Assembly: GCA_037142615.1 (NCBI GenBank)
Contig: JBAXAI010000049.1
Location: forward strand, 1 to 25,227
DNA from: Spirochaetales bacterium
GTDB taxonomy: Bacteria; Spirochaetota; Spirochaetia; JABEVK01
Direction: 5' to 3'
DNA: 25,227 nucleotides
Below, one piece after another: positions 7,770 through 15,647 of the stretch (positions are counted from its first letter, which is position 1; every line of letters begins with the position of its first letter). Below the pieces are notes generated by a model that ran no database searches, was not told the origin of the DNA, and saw only the letters and a list, made by a program, of their open reading frames with translations. The translations under genes and the position numbers were made by a program.

Positions 7770-8623
7770 TGTCGGATTCCGCCTCTGGCCTTGGAAAGAT
7801 CAGCTTTTTTCAGAAGGCCGACACCGTGTGCCCAGCCTGCGGGGGCAAGTTCAAACGCGAAGAACTCCGCGTGGGCGGCGGTCGCCTGATCGCAGGGCCC
7901 TTGGGCAACGATTTGCGCCGCTATTACGAGGCCTCGAAAAAGTTCGGCGATGTGTACCCGCTGATCTACTACGTGATGACCTGCCCTTCTTGTTACTACT
8001 CGGCCCTCGGGACGGATTTCCTCAACCCCGACCCGGAAGCCCTGGGCAAGATTCAGGGCGGAGTTTCGGCCCGTTTCGAGGCCGTCGCGACTATCTTTCC
8101 CGATCTGGATTGGGAGTCGCCGCATACCCTCAAGGAAGGCGCCGCGAGCTACTTTCTGGCAGCCATGTGCTACCAGTACGCCTCGGGCGAGTTCACACCG
8201 ACCATCCGCAGCGCCATCTGCTCGCTGCGTGCCGGTTGGTGCTTTGCCGACCTGCACCGCCGTTTTTCGACCGAGAACTTCGACTACCTGGAAAAGATTC
8301 TGTACCACAAGGCCCGGTTCTACTACAGTCTGGCCATCGAGCGCGAACAAAGCGGCGAAGAGTCGGTCAACGCCTCAATGAACTTCGGCCCCGACGTCGA
8401 CAACAACTTCGGCTTCGACGGCGTGATGTACCTGACGGGCTATCTGGAATACCATTTTGGCAGCCAGCAGAACCCTGAGATGCGCGAGAAATCGCTGGCT
8501 TCGGCGCGTCGCGCCATCGCCCGCCTGGTCGGGATGGGCAAATCGTCGAAGTCCAAACCGTCGGCCCTGCTCGAGAAAGCCAAGGAACTGCACAAACTCA
8601 TCGGCGATGAGATCAAGGAGTAG
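7766..8623 (+). CDS. DUF2225-family protein (Zn-ribbon plus helical/TPR-like C-terminus)
   Basis: CPACG and CPSCYYS Cys pairs, YPLIYYVMTC and LRAGWCF segments. Position between acpS and truA matches my recollection of other spirochaetes. Confidence 0.78.
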   Translation: MMSDSASGLGKISFFQKADTVCPACGGKFKREELRVGGGRLIAGPLGNDLRRYYEASKKFGDVYPLIYYVMTCPSCYYSALGTDFLNPDPEALGKIQGGVSARFEAVATIFPDLDWESPHTLKEGAASYFLAAMCYQYASGEFTPTIRSAICSLRAGWCFADLHRRFSTENFDYLEKILYHKARFYYSLAIEREQSGEESVNASMNFGPDVDNNFGFDGVMYLTGYLEYHFGSQQNPEMREKSLASARRAIARLVGMGKSSKSKPSALLEKAKELHKLIGDEIKE

Positions 8624-8625
8624 CC

Positions 8626-9393
8626 TTGCGCCGCTTTCGCCTCGACATCGCCTACGATGGCACCCATTTTGAGGGCTGGCAGACACAGGAGCACGAGGCT
8701 CGCGTCGGCCGAACGGTTCAGAGCGACCTCGAGGCGGCCGTCGAAACTCTGGTGCGTCACCGCGTTGATGTCGTGGGTGCCGGACGCACCGACTCGGGTG
8801 TGCATGCCCGGGGGCAGACAGCCCATTTCGACGCCGAGACCCGGATGCAGGGGGTCCACTTCACCCGAGGGCTCAACAGCCTGCTTCCGCCCGATGTACG
8901 GATCACCCGCTGTGTGGAGGTCGGCCCGGGCTTTCATGCCCGTTTCACGGCCCTGTCGCGGGTCTACCAATACCAAATGGTGGTCAGTCCCAGCCTGCTG
9001 CCGTGGGAGGAGCGCTACTACCATCGTTTGACGACTCTGCCCCCGCTGCCGCAACTCAACGCGATGGCCGGACTGTTGCACGGCGAACTGGATTTCACGA
9101 GTTTCTCGCAGGCCAAAGACCCTCACCGGTCCCGGACCCGTTACATTTACCACAGCGTGTTTTATCCGCAGGGTGACAAGGTCATTTACGAGATCGCGGG
9201 CAACGCCTTCCTGTGGCGCATGGTTCGTTCGCTGGTGGGAACCCTTCTGGACTTCGGCGCCAGGGGTTGGGGGCCGGCGGAGTTCCGCGACGCGCTGGAA
9301 GCCAAGGACCGACGCCGGGCCGGGCCCACCGCGCCGGCCAAGGGACTCTATCTTCACAAGGTGATTTACGATGAACACGAACTCTCGTTCTGA
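8626..9393 (+). CDS. truA: tRNA pseudouridine(38-40) synthase
   Basis: Motifs IAYDGTHFEGWQ, GRTDSGVHARGQ, FHARF, GNAFLWRMVR, TAPAKGLYL. Confidence 0.97.
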   Translation: MRRFRLDIAYDGTHFEGWQTQEHEARVGRTVQSDLEAAVETLVRHRVDVVGAGRTDSGVHARGQTAHFDAETRMQGVHFTRGLNSLLPPDVRITRCVEVGPGFHARFTALSRVYQYQMVVSPSLLPWEERYYHRLTTLPPLPQLNAMAGLLHGELDFTSFSQAKDPHRSRTRYIYHSVFYPQGDKVIYEIAGNAFLWRMVRSLVGTLLDFGARGWGPAEFRDALEAKDRRRAGPTAPAKGLYLHKVIYDEHELSF

Positions 9394-10018
9394 ACAGGTG
9401 TGGGACCTGCTCCATGCCACCGAAGCGCTGGTCAAGCACCGGGGCTTCCAAGAAGCGGGGGCGGGCCCTGCGCCCCGAGGGAACGTGGTCCCGCCGGTCG
9501 CCGGTCAGGTGAGCCTGGCCGAGGTGGCCCTGCGTTTCCAGGATCGCCTGATCTTGGGCAGCCAGTGGCCGGTTGGGAACGGCCCGGCGGCCCCCATGGC
9601 AATTGTGCTGACCAAGGGCCCGCTCGGCGGTCCCGAGCTGGAGTTTGTTCGCAGTTGGTTCGAGAATCCCAAGGTCAACGTGGTTCTCGAAGAGCAACTT
9701 TATCTCCAGATTCTGCCAGACTTTATGGTCGACAATGCTCCTTGGCGCGACTGGGCCCAGGCTCTTTGCGACGCTCTGACGCCGCGGGCTTTGTTCTGCC
9801 TTGGTCTCGAGCCCGCCCGCCTCATTCTGGGAGCCCCCCTTTCGATGGAAACGCTTCGCAATGGCGACTTCACCGTCGGAAAGACACCCTTGCTCACCAC
9901 CCTGGAGCCAGCGGACTTCCTGTCGCTTCCAGCCGAGCAAGTCGAGGCACGGCAAAAGATCAAGGCCGCCGTGTGGAAAGACCTCCAGCGGCTGGTGGGG
10001 AAGCTCCGCTATGGATGA
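9371..10018 (+). CDS. Degenerate uracil-DNA-glycosylase (family 4)-like protein
   Basis: C-terminal half follows the UDG4 pattern (PRALFCLG...A..ILG....METLR......TPLLTTLEPA.....K..VWKDL), but the catalytic and Fe-S motifs are missing. Confidence 0.6.
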   Translation: MNTNSRSEQVWDLLHATEALVKHRGFQEAGAGPAPRGNVVPPVAGQVSLAEVALRFQDRLILGSQWPVGNGPAAPMAIVLTKGPLGGPELEFVRSWFENPKVNVVLEEQLYLQILPDFMVDNAPWRDWAQALCDALTPRALFCLGLEPARLILGAPLSMETLRNGDFTVGKTPLLTTLEPADFLSLPAEQVEARQKIKAAVWKDLQRLVGKLRYG

Positions 10019-12020
10019 AACCCGCGAACTGTGGGTTGACGTCGCCTTTGCGCTACCAATGAATCAGGAGTTCACCTACCGCCTCGTGGTCCCGTCAGGC
10101 GACCTACAGGACCCGTCACTTTGGACGGGTCGGCGGGTCATGGCACCGTTCCGCAACCGTCAAAAAGAAGGCATCGTGGTGGCCGTTCGGGAGGCTGCCC
10201 CGAGCGACACCTCGCGGATCAAGACCCTCGACAAGGTGCTCGATGCAGCCCCGCTGTTCGGCCCGCTGACCTTGGCCACGGCGCGCTGGATGGCGCACTT
10301 CTACTTCTGCAGTTTGGGCGAGGCGCTCTCGGCCATGCTCCCAACGGCCCGCCGCGAGCGCGAAATGCCCCCCTGGGCCGGCGACGAAATGGGGGAAGAC
10401 GCTGCCGACCACGACCTGGTGCTGTCCGATGAGCAGAAGCAGGCTATTTCGCGGCTTACCACTTCTGAGAACAAGTTGTTCTACCTCAAAGGAATGACAG
10501 GCTCGGGCAAGACCGAGGTATTTCTCCAGGCTTCCCGCTCGGTGCTCGAAAACGGCGGGGCGGTGCTCTACCTGGTGCCCGAGATCGCGCTGACCTGGCA
10601 GCTGCGCGAAACCCTCACCCGCCGGTTTGGGCCCTTGGTGGCGGTGCTCCATTCGCGGCTGACGCCCAGCCAGAAACTCAAGCAGTGGCGACGAATCCAG
10701 AGTGGCGAAGCCCGGCTGGTCGTGGGGGCCCGCAGCGCCGTGTTCGCCCCGCTGGCTCACCTGGGCCTCATCATCGTCGATGAGGAGCACGAGGGTGGCT
10801 ACAAATCATCCAACAGCCCCCGCTACCACGCACGGCAGGTGGCCCACTTTTTGGCTGGCAAGACCGGAGCAAGGTTGGTGATGGGAAGTGCCACCCCGAG
10901 CCTCGAAGCCGTCTTGCAAATGCGCGAGGGGAAACTCGAAACCCTCGCCCTCAGCCGCCGCCTCGCGGGTGGAGCCCCGCCGCTGGTGCTGATTGTGCCC
11001 CTTTCGGGCAGCTCGTGCCTCACCCCCACCCTCCTGGAAAAAATCCATCAGACCCTGACCAGAGGGCGACAGGTCATCCTGTTCCTCAACCGAAGGGGGT
11101 TTTCGTCGTCGTTATTCTGCCGCACCTGCGGCGAGGAAAGCCTTTGCAAAAACTGCTCGGTGTCGATGACCTGGCACAAGGCCAGGGGCATTCTGCTGTG
11201 CCACACCTGCGGCTACCAGACCCGTCCGAGCGCCCAATGCCCGGCTTGCGGGTCCCTCGATATCGGTTGGTCGAGCATTGGCACCGAGCAGGTCGAAGCC
11301 GAGGTGCTGGCCCTTTTTCCCCAGGCGCGGCTTGCGAGGCTCGACAGCGATACCGCCGAAAAAGCGGGCTACGCCGAGGCCGTCGTCGAGGCCTTCCGTC
11401 AGGGCCAACTCGATATTCTGGTGGGGACACAGATGGTGGCCAAGGGTCTCAACTTTCCCAAGCTGCAGCTGGTTGGCCTTTTGCAAGCTGACATGGGCCT
11501 GTCACTGCCCGACTTCCGCTCGGCTGAACGCGTGTACAACCTCATTCGCCAGGTTTCAGGCCGGGCCGGACGCTTTTTGCCCGACGGTGAAGTGATCCTT
11601 CAGACCCTCAGGCCCCAGGCCCCGGCCATTGCTTTGGCGGCCCGTGGCGACGACGAGGGCTTCTGGACTCAGGAGCTCGCGCTTCGGCAAGCGCTGGGGT
11701 TTCCGCCGTATTCGCGGCTGATCCGTTTGGTGGTGCGGGGCAAAGACGAAGCTCGGGTGCGTGAAACAGCACAGATGTTGGCTCGCCACCTCCGGGCCCA
11801 GTTCCCCGGGTCTACCCACCCTGTTGCGGGCGAGGCCGAAGTGCTCGGACCGGCCGAATGCGCCATGGCCGCCGTCGCCGGCAACCGTCGTTGGCAAGTC
11901 ATCGTCCGCGGCACCGACTTCGCCCGCCTGCATCACGGCGTCAGCCGCGTCGCTGAAACCTTCCCGGTAGCGGCGGGCCTGTACCTCGAAATCGACGCCG
12001 ACCCTTTGGCCATGCTGTAG
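10011..12020 (+). CDS. priA: Replication restart helicase PriA
   Basis: ATG at 10011, 669 aa. Walker A GMTGSGKTEV, DEEH, FLNRRGF, four CxxC pairs, GTQMVAKGLNFP, QVSGRAGR, FPPYSRL. Confidence 0.97.
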   Translation: MDETRELWVDVAFALPMNQEFTYRLVVPSGDLQDPSLWTGRRVMAPFRNRQKEGIVVAVREAAPSDTSRIKTLDKVLDAAPLFGPLTLATARWMAHFYFCSLGEALSAMLPTARREREMPPWAGDEMGEDAADHDLVLSDEQKQAISRLTTSENKLFYLKGMTGSGKTEVFLQASRSVLENGGAVLYLVPEIALTWQLRETLTRRFGPLVAVLHSRLTPSQKLKQWRRIQSGEARLVVGARSAVFAPLAHLGLIIVDEEHEGGYKSSNSPRYHARQVAHFLAGKTGARLVMGSATPSLEAVLQMREGKLETLALSRRLAGGAPPLVLIVPLSGSSCLTPTLLEKIHQTLTRGRQVILFLNRRGFSSSLFCRTCGEESLCKNCSVSMTWHKARGILLCHTCGYQTRPSAQCPACGSLDIGWSSIGTEQVEAEVLALFPQARLARLDSDTAEKAGYAEAVVEAFRQGQLDILVGTQMVAKGLNFPKLQLVGLLQADMGLSLPDFRSAERVYNLIRQVSGRAGRFLPDGEVILQTLRPQAPAIALAARGDDEGFWTQELALRQALGFPPYSRLIRLVVRGKDEARVRETAQMLARHLRAQFPGSTHPVAGEAEVLGPAECAMAAVAGNRRWQVIVRGTDFARLHHGVSRVAETFPVAAGLYLEIDADPLAML

Positions 12021-12039
12021 GAGTGTCTTGGACTCCCGC

Positions 12040-12050
12040 TGTGCTACAAT
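12040..12050 (+). promoter_or_regulatory. Extended -10 promoter of cvfB (probably leaderless)
   Basis: TGTGcTACAAT, then 6 nt, then ATG at 12057. No SD sequence in between. Confidence 0.6.
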
Positions 12051-12056
12051 GGGCCC

Positions 12057-12902
12057 ATGACCATGGGCACCACCGTGACGCTGCAAGCGGCACGCCAAAC
12101 TGACAACGGCTACTACCTCACCGACGGAACCACCGAAGTTCTGTTGCCAAAAAGCGAGATTCCCGACGACCTCAAAGTCGGCGGCGAAGCCCGGGTCTTT
12201 CTGTATCGGGACTCAGAGGACCGGCCCACGGCCACGTTGCGCCGACCTTTCGTAGCGCTCGGCGAAGCGTCGTGGTTGATGGTGAGCGACGTGAATGCGG
12301 TGGGAGCTTTCGTCGATTTTGGGCTGCGCAAGCATCTGCTCGTGCCACCCTCCCAGCAATTGCAGCCGCTGGTCGTGGGTCAAAAGGCGCTGGTGATGAT
12401 GGTGCTCGACGAAGAGACCGACCGATTGTACGGCACCACGCTCATTTCCAAGCACCTGGCGACCGACCTCACCAACTTCCGCTTGGGCCAGGAAATCGAT
12501 TGTCAGGTGTGGCGACTTCACGAAAAAGGCTGGACCGTCCTCGTGGAGTCCCGCTGGCAGGGGCTCGTTTACAAGAACGAGGCTCCGCGCGCCCTGAGCC
12601 CCGGCGAGCGTTTTCGCGGCTACGTTTCCGAACTGCGCCAGGACGGCAAGCTCGACGTCCGGCTTCGCCCGCAAGGCTTTGTTGCCGGCAACAACGACGC
12701 CCGCGACCGAATCATCGAAGCCCTGACAAAAGCCGGTGGCTCGCTGAGCTTGGACGATACTTCGCCGCCCGACGAAATCCAAAGGGTGCTGGGTGTGTCA
12801 AAGAAAGCGTTCAAGACCGCCTGTGGCACGCTGTGGAAAGACAAAATCATCGAAAGGGAGCCCGGACTGATCAGGCTTTCAAAAGCGGCAAGCGGCTCTT
12901 GA
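12057..12902 (+). CDS. cvfB: CvfB/YitL-family multi-S1-domain RNA-binding protein
   Basis: Motifs EVLLPKSE, VFLYRDSEDRPTAT, GAFVDFGLRKHLLVP, RQDGKLDV and C-terminal winged helix SPPDEIQRVLGVSKKAFKTACGTLWK. Confidence 0.9.
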   Translation: MTMGTTVTLQAARQTDNGYYLTDGTTEVLLPKSEIPDDLKVGGEARVFLYRDSEDRPTATLRRPFVALGEASWLMVSDVNAVGAFVDFGLRKHLLVPPSQQLQPLVVGQKALVMMVLDEETDRLYGTTLISKHLATDLTNFRLGQEIDCQVWRLHEKGWTVLVESRWQGLVYKNEAPRALSPGERFRGYVSELRQDGKLDVRLRPQGFVAGNNDARDRIIEALTKAGGSLSLDDTSPPDEIQRVLGVSKKAFKTACGTLWKDKIIEREPGLIRLSKAASGS

Positions 12903-13656
12903 GAGAAACCGGCGGAAGCCGGTCGTCGAGCATCCGCTGGTCGAACACAAAGTTGTCAGTCGCGGTGACCTTCCAACTGCGTCCGAGCAATTTATTCAAG
13001 GCAAAAGCGATCTGGTAGAAGTTCCAGCGTTCGTTGGTGTCAAACTGGTACAGGCCCGCTGTCCGGTCGGGCAAACCGGCGAGGACAACGACGGTGTCTT
13101 CGAGAAAAGAGCACGCAGGCAGCCACTGCGTGCTGCACGCCACCAAACCTTCCGTCTCGAACTTCTTGTCGAGGAAGTTGATCATGTCGTTGGAACCCGG
13201 TGGCCCGCCGATCTGCCAGCCGAGCCGGATGACCCGAGCTTCGGGATTCTGGTAGAAAACCCTTTCTTCGGCCAGACGTTTTTCGAGTCCGTAGCCGTCG
13301 GCCGCATCGGGCTTAGTTTGCAGGGTAAACGGCCCCCGGAGCGCCGAGGAAAACACCATCACGGTGCTGATGTACACAAAGCGGATCTGCAACACTTTGC
13401 AAAGCCACGCGAGTTCGCTCGTCCACTGGTAATTGACCACCCAACCTTCGTTGGTCATGCCAGTCAGGGTCGACGGAACGGCCAAATGGTAGAGCACCTC
13501 GACCTCTTCGGTGCGAAGAAAATTCTCCATGGCCCAGTAGTCGGAAACAGGCACGAGGGCGCGGTCCCACCCGATGACCTTGTGTTTCTGGCTGGTGAGG
13601 TGCTGCACAAGGGCACTCCCGATGGTGCCATGGGAACCGGTCACGGCGATTTTCAT
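12871..13656 (-). CDS. RmlD-like NAD(P)-dependent sugar-nucleotide reductase (extended SDR)
   Basis: Rossmann motif TGSHGTIG, YISTVMVF, catalytic YGLEK (YxxxK), VIRLGW. Confidence 0.78.
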   Translation of the reverse strand: MKIAVTGSHGTIGSALVQHLTSQKHKVIGWDRALVPVSDYWAMENFLRTEEVEVLYHLAVPSTLTGMTNEGWVVNYQWTSELAWLCKVLQIRFVYISTVMVFSSALRGPFTLQTKPDAADGYGLEKRLAEERVFYQNPEARVIRLGWQIGGPPGSNDMINFLDKKFETEGLVACSTQWLPACSFLEDTVVVLAGLPDRTAGLYQFDTNERWNFYQIAFALNKLLGRSWKVTATDNFVFDQRMLDDRLPPVSLKSRLPLLKA

Positions 13657-13728
13657 ATCTTTTTCAGTATAGGACGAAGTGGCAAAAAAGAAAGCAAAAT
13701 GTTAGATTGGGCGGGTGAGCAACTTGGT

Positions 13729-14532
13729 ATGAGTATCGTCGGCAAACTGACCGGCTTCCTGATCGGCGCCTACTTTGGCTGGCCGGGCATCCTGCTCGGC
13801 CTTCTCGTGGGGCACTTGCTCGACCTCGGGTTGCAGCGCAACACACGCTCCGGAGCTTTTGGTTCCGACAGCCTGGAGTTGGTTCGGCATCTGTTTGCCC
13901 TTTTCGGTCGGGTCGCCGGTTTTGGCGGTGGAGTCAACTCGACGCAAGTCCTTTTTCTGCAAAGTCTTCTGCAGAGTCAGCTCCAATTGGGAGGAAACAG
14001 CGCGCGCACGGCCCTGGCTTCCTTCCAAGACAGTGTGACGAGCAATTCAGGCCGTCCTTGGGCCGAAGTGCTGGCCGACACCTCCGAGTTGGCCCGCGAA
14101 ATCTACAGCGATTATTTTCTGGATCGGCGGACTCTCCTTTGGACGTATGCGACTTGCCGCAGGCTGGCGGCGCTGGGCACGCTGAGGCCGGGAATTGTGG
14201 AACTGCTCGACGCGATCGCCAAGGCCTTCGTCATTTACGAAGAAGTGGGCACGGCAGGAGTCTCCGGCGGTCGCCCTCAAGACAGCTACGACGAGCAGAC
14301 CTGGGCAGGCTTTCGCCCGGCTCGCGAGGCCACACCCGACGCCTGGGCGACGCTGGGGCTGCAACCGGGGGCCAGCGACGACGAGGTCAAAAAGGCCTAC
14401 CGAACGTTGGCCCGCAAGTACCATCCCGACTCCCATTCGCATTTGCCCGACAACGATCCAGCCAAAAAAAAGGCCGCCGAGCAGTTTCTGCACGTGCAAC
14501 AGGCCTACGAGCGCATCAGCAAGTCGAAGTAA
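13729..14532 (+). CDS. djlA: DjlA-like membrane-anchored J-domain co-chaperone
   Basis: N-terminus MSIVGKLTGFLIG...GILLGLLVGHLLD resembles DjlA. Central TerB-like region. C-terminal J domain (LGL..GAS.DEVKKAYRTLARKYHPD...QQAYERI). An alternative ATG lies at 13699. Confidence 0.8.
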   Translation: MSIVGKLTGFLIGAYFGWPGILLGLLVGHLLDLGLQRNTRSGAFGSDSLELVRHLFALFGRVAGFGGGVNSTQVLFLQSLLQSQLQLGGNSARTALASFQDSVTSNSGRPWAEVLADTSELAREIYSDYFLDRRTLLWTYATCRRLAALGTLRPGIVELLDAIAKAFVIYEEVGTAGVSGGRPQDSYDEQTWAGFRPAREATPDAWATLGLQPGASDDEVKKAYRTLARKYHPDSHSHLPDNDPAKKKAAEQFLHVQQAYERISKSK

Positions 14533-14543
14533 GGGGTTACGCC

Positions 14544-15359
14544 ATGAAGTACGAGCTGGATACGATCCCGGTTTGGGACGCGCTCAGGGCCGACACGGAG
14601 TGCGCCCTTTGCCTGCTGGAACGACGTTCACGCACCAACGCGCTCAGGTACTTCCTCGGCCCTGCCGTGATGGTGCCCGAAGTGCGGGTGCAGACCAACG
14701 AGCGGGGTTTTGCACCCCACAACCTCAGACTGCTGTCCAAAGACGCCAACAAACTCGGACTTGCCTTGCTGACCCACACTCGCCTCAAGGGCCTGCGAGC
14801 CAAGCTGGCGGTTCAGGCCAAACCGGCGGCAGGCGAGGCGGCGCGCTTGGCGGCCAAGACCGGCCCCATGGCGGCGCTGGCCAACAAGTCGGGGCTTCGC
14901 GACAAAGTGGCTGGACTGGCTAACTTTATTCGCCAGCAAGAGATGCATTGCCTGATCGATGAGAAGGTGTCCGACGACCTCGCCCGCTACGCGTTCACGC
15001 TGGTGGCCCTGTGGAAGGACGACGGCGAGTTTCTCAAGGCCTGGCAGACGGGCAAGGGCCTGTGCCTGCACCACGCGCCCGGGGTGCTCGACATGGCGGC
15101 TGAACAACTCGACGGGCCACGGCTCGGGGCGTTCTTGATAGGATTCCTGGAACTTCAAGACCGAAACCTCGCGCGTGTCGAGCACGATGTGCTGAGCTTC
15201 ACCCAGACCTTTGACAGCACCCACAGCCACGAAATTACCGGCCGCACCGAGGGTGCCCTCGACCGCGCGCTTCAAAAAACCGCTGGCGAGTTCCCAGAAT
15301 ACGTCGAAGAGGCCAAAAGCCGCCGCGGACCCTTGATGGGTTCGCAGTCCGGGGGATAG
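14544..15359 (+). CDS. DUF6062-like conserved hypothetical protein
   Basis: ATG at 14544 after AAGGGG. Segments TIPVWDAL...ECALC, NKLGLALLTHT, GLCLHH. Family recognised from memory only. Confidence 0.62.
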   Translation: MKYELDTIPVWDALRADTECALCLLERRSRTNALRYFLGPAVMVPEVRVQTNERGFAPHNLRLLSKDANKLGLALLTHTRLKGLRAKLAVQAKPAAGEAARLAAKTGPMAALANKSGLRDKVAGLANFIRQQEMHCLIDEKVSDDLARYAFTLVALWKDDGEFLKAWQTGKGLCLHHAPGVLDMAAEQLDGPRLGAFLIGFLELQDRNLARVEHDVLSFTQTFDSTHSHEITGRTEGALDRALQKTAGEFPEYVEEAKSRRGPLMGSQSGG

Positions 15360-15647
15360 GAGCCTGTCGGACTTAGGGTTTCGGATCCATTCGGAGCGAA
15401 TTTCGAGGATGATTTTGGATCGGAAAGAGCCTCGAATCGAGATTCGGGGCGACTGACGGGCCGGAATCAGACCGAAAGACGCCCGAATGGACCGAAAGAC
15501 CTTTGGACGCCGGGTTTTGGACGAGCCCCTGGGGGTCGGCTGGGCCTCTTCGGTCGCACCATAACGGATTATGGCACTCGCTCAGAGGCCCAGCCGGCCC
15601 CCAGCTTCTTCGCCCAAAACCCGGCCCCTAAGTCCGACAGGCTCCTA
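15357..15647. mobile_element. MITE-like non-autonomous element (~287 bp plus flanking TA)
   Basis: Perfect 22-bp inverted repeat TAGGAGCCTGTCGGACTTAGGG (15357-15378) / CCCTAAGTCCGACAGGCTCCTA (15626-15647). TA (or TAG) directly repeated at both ends. No ORF. Fills the whole gap between two convergent genes. Confidence 0.8.

Noticed and set aside
3917-8623. TPR protein plus nucleotide cyclase plus Zn-ribbon protein as a CBASS-like or other anti-phage system
   Set aside because: The cyclase is a standard membrane CdaA with CdaR, not a CD-NTase. No effector or nuclease is present, and the neighbourhood is core housekeeping.
15360-15645. Intergenic structure as tRNA, SRP, tmRNA, 6S RNA or a lysine riboswitch for asd
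   Set aside because: No recognisable conserved motifs of those RNAs, it lies at the 3' end of asd rather than the 5' end, and it is bounded by perfect terminal inverted repeats. An Rfam search would settle this.
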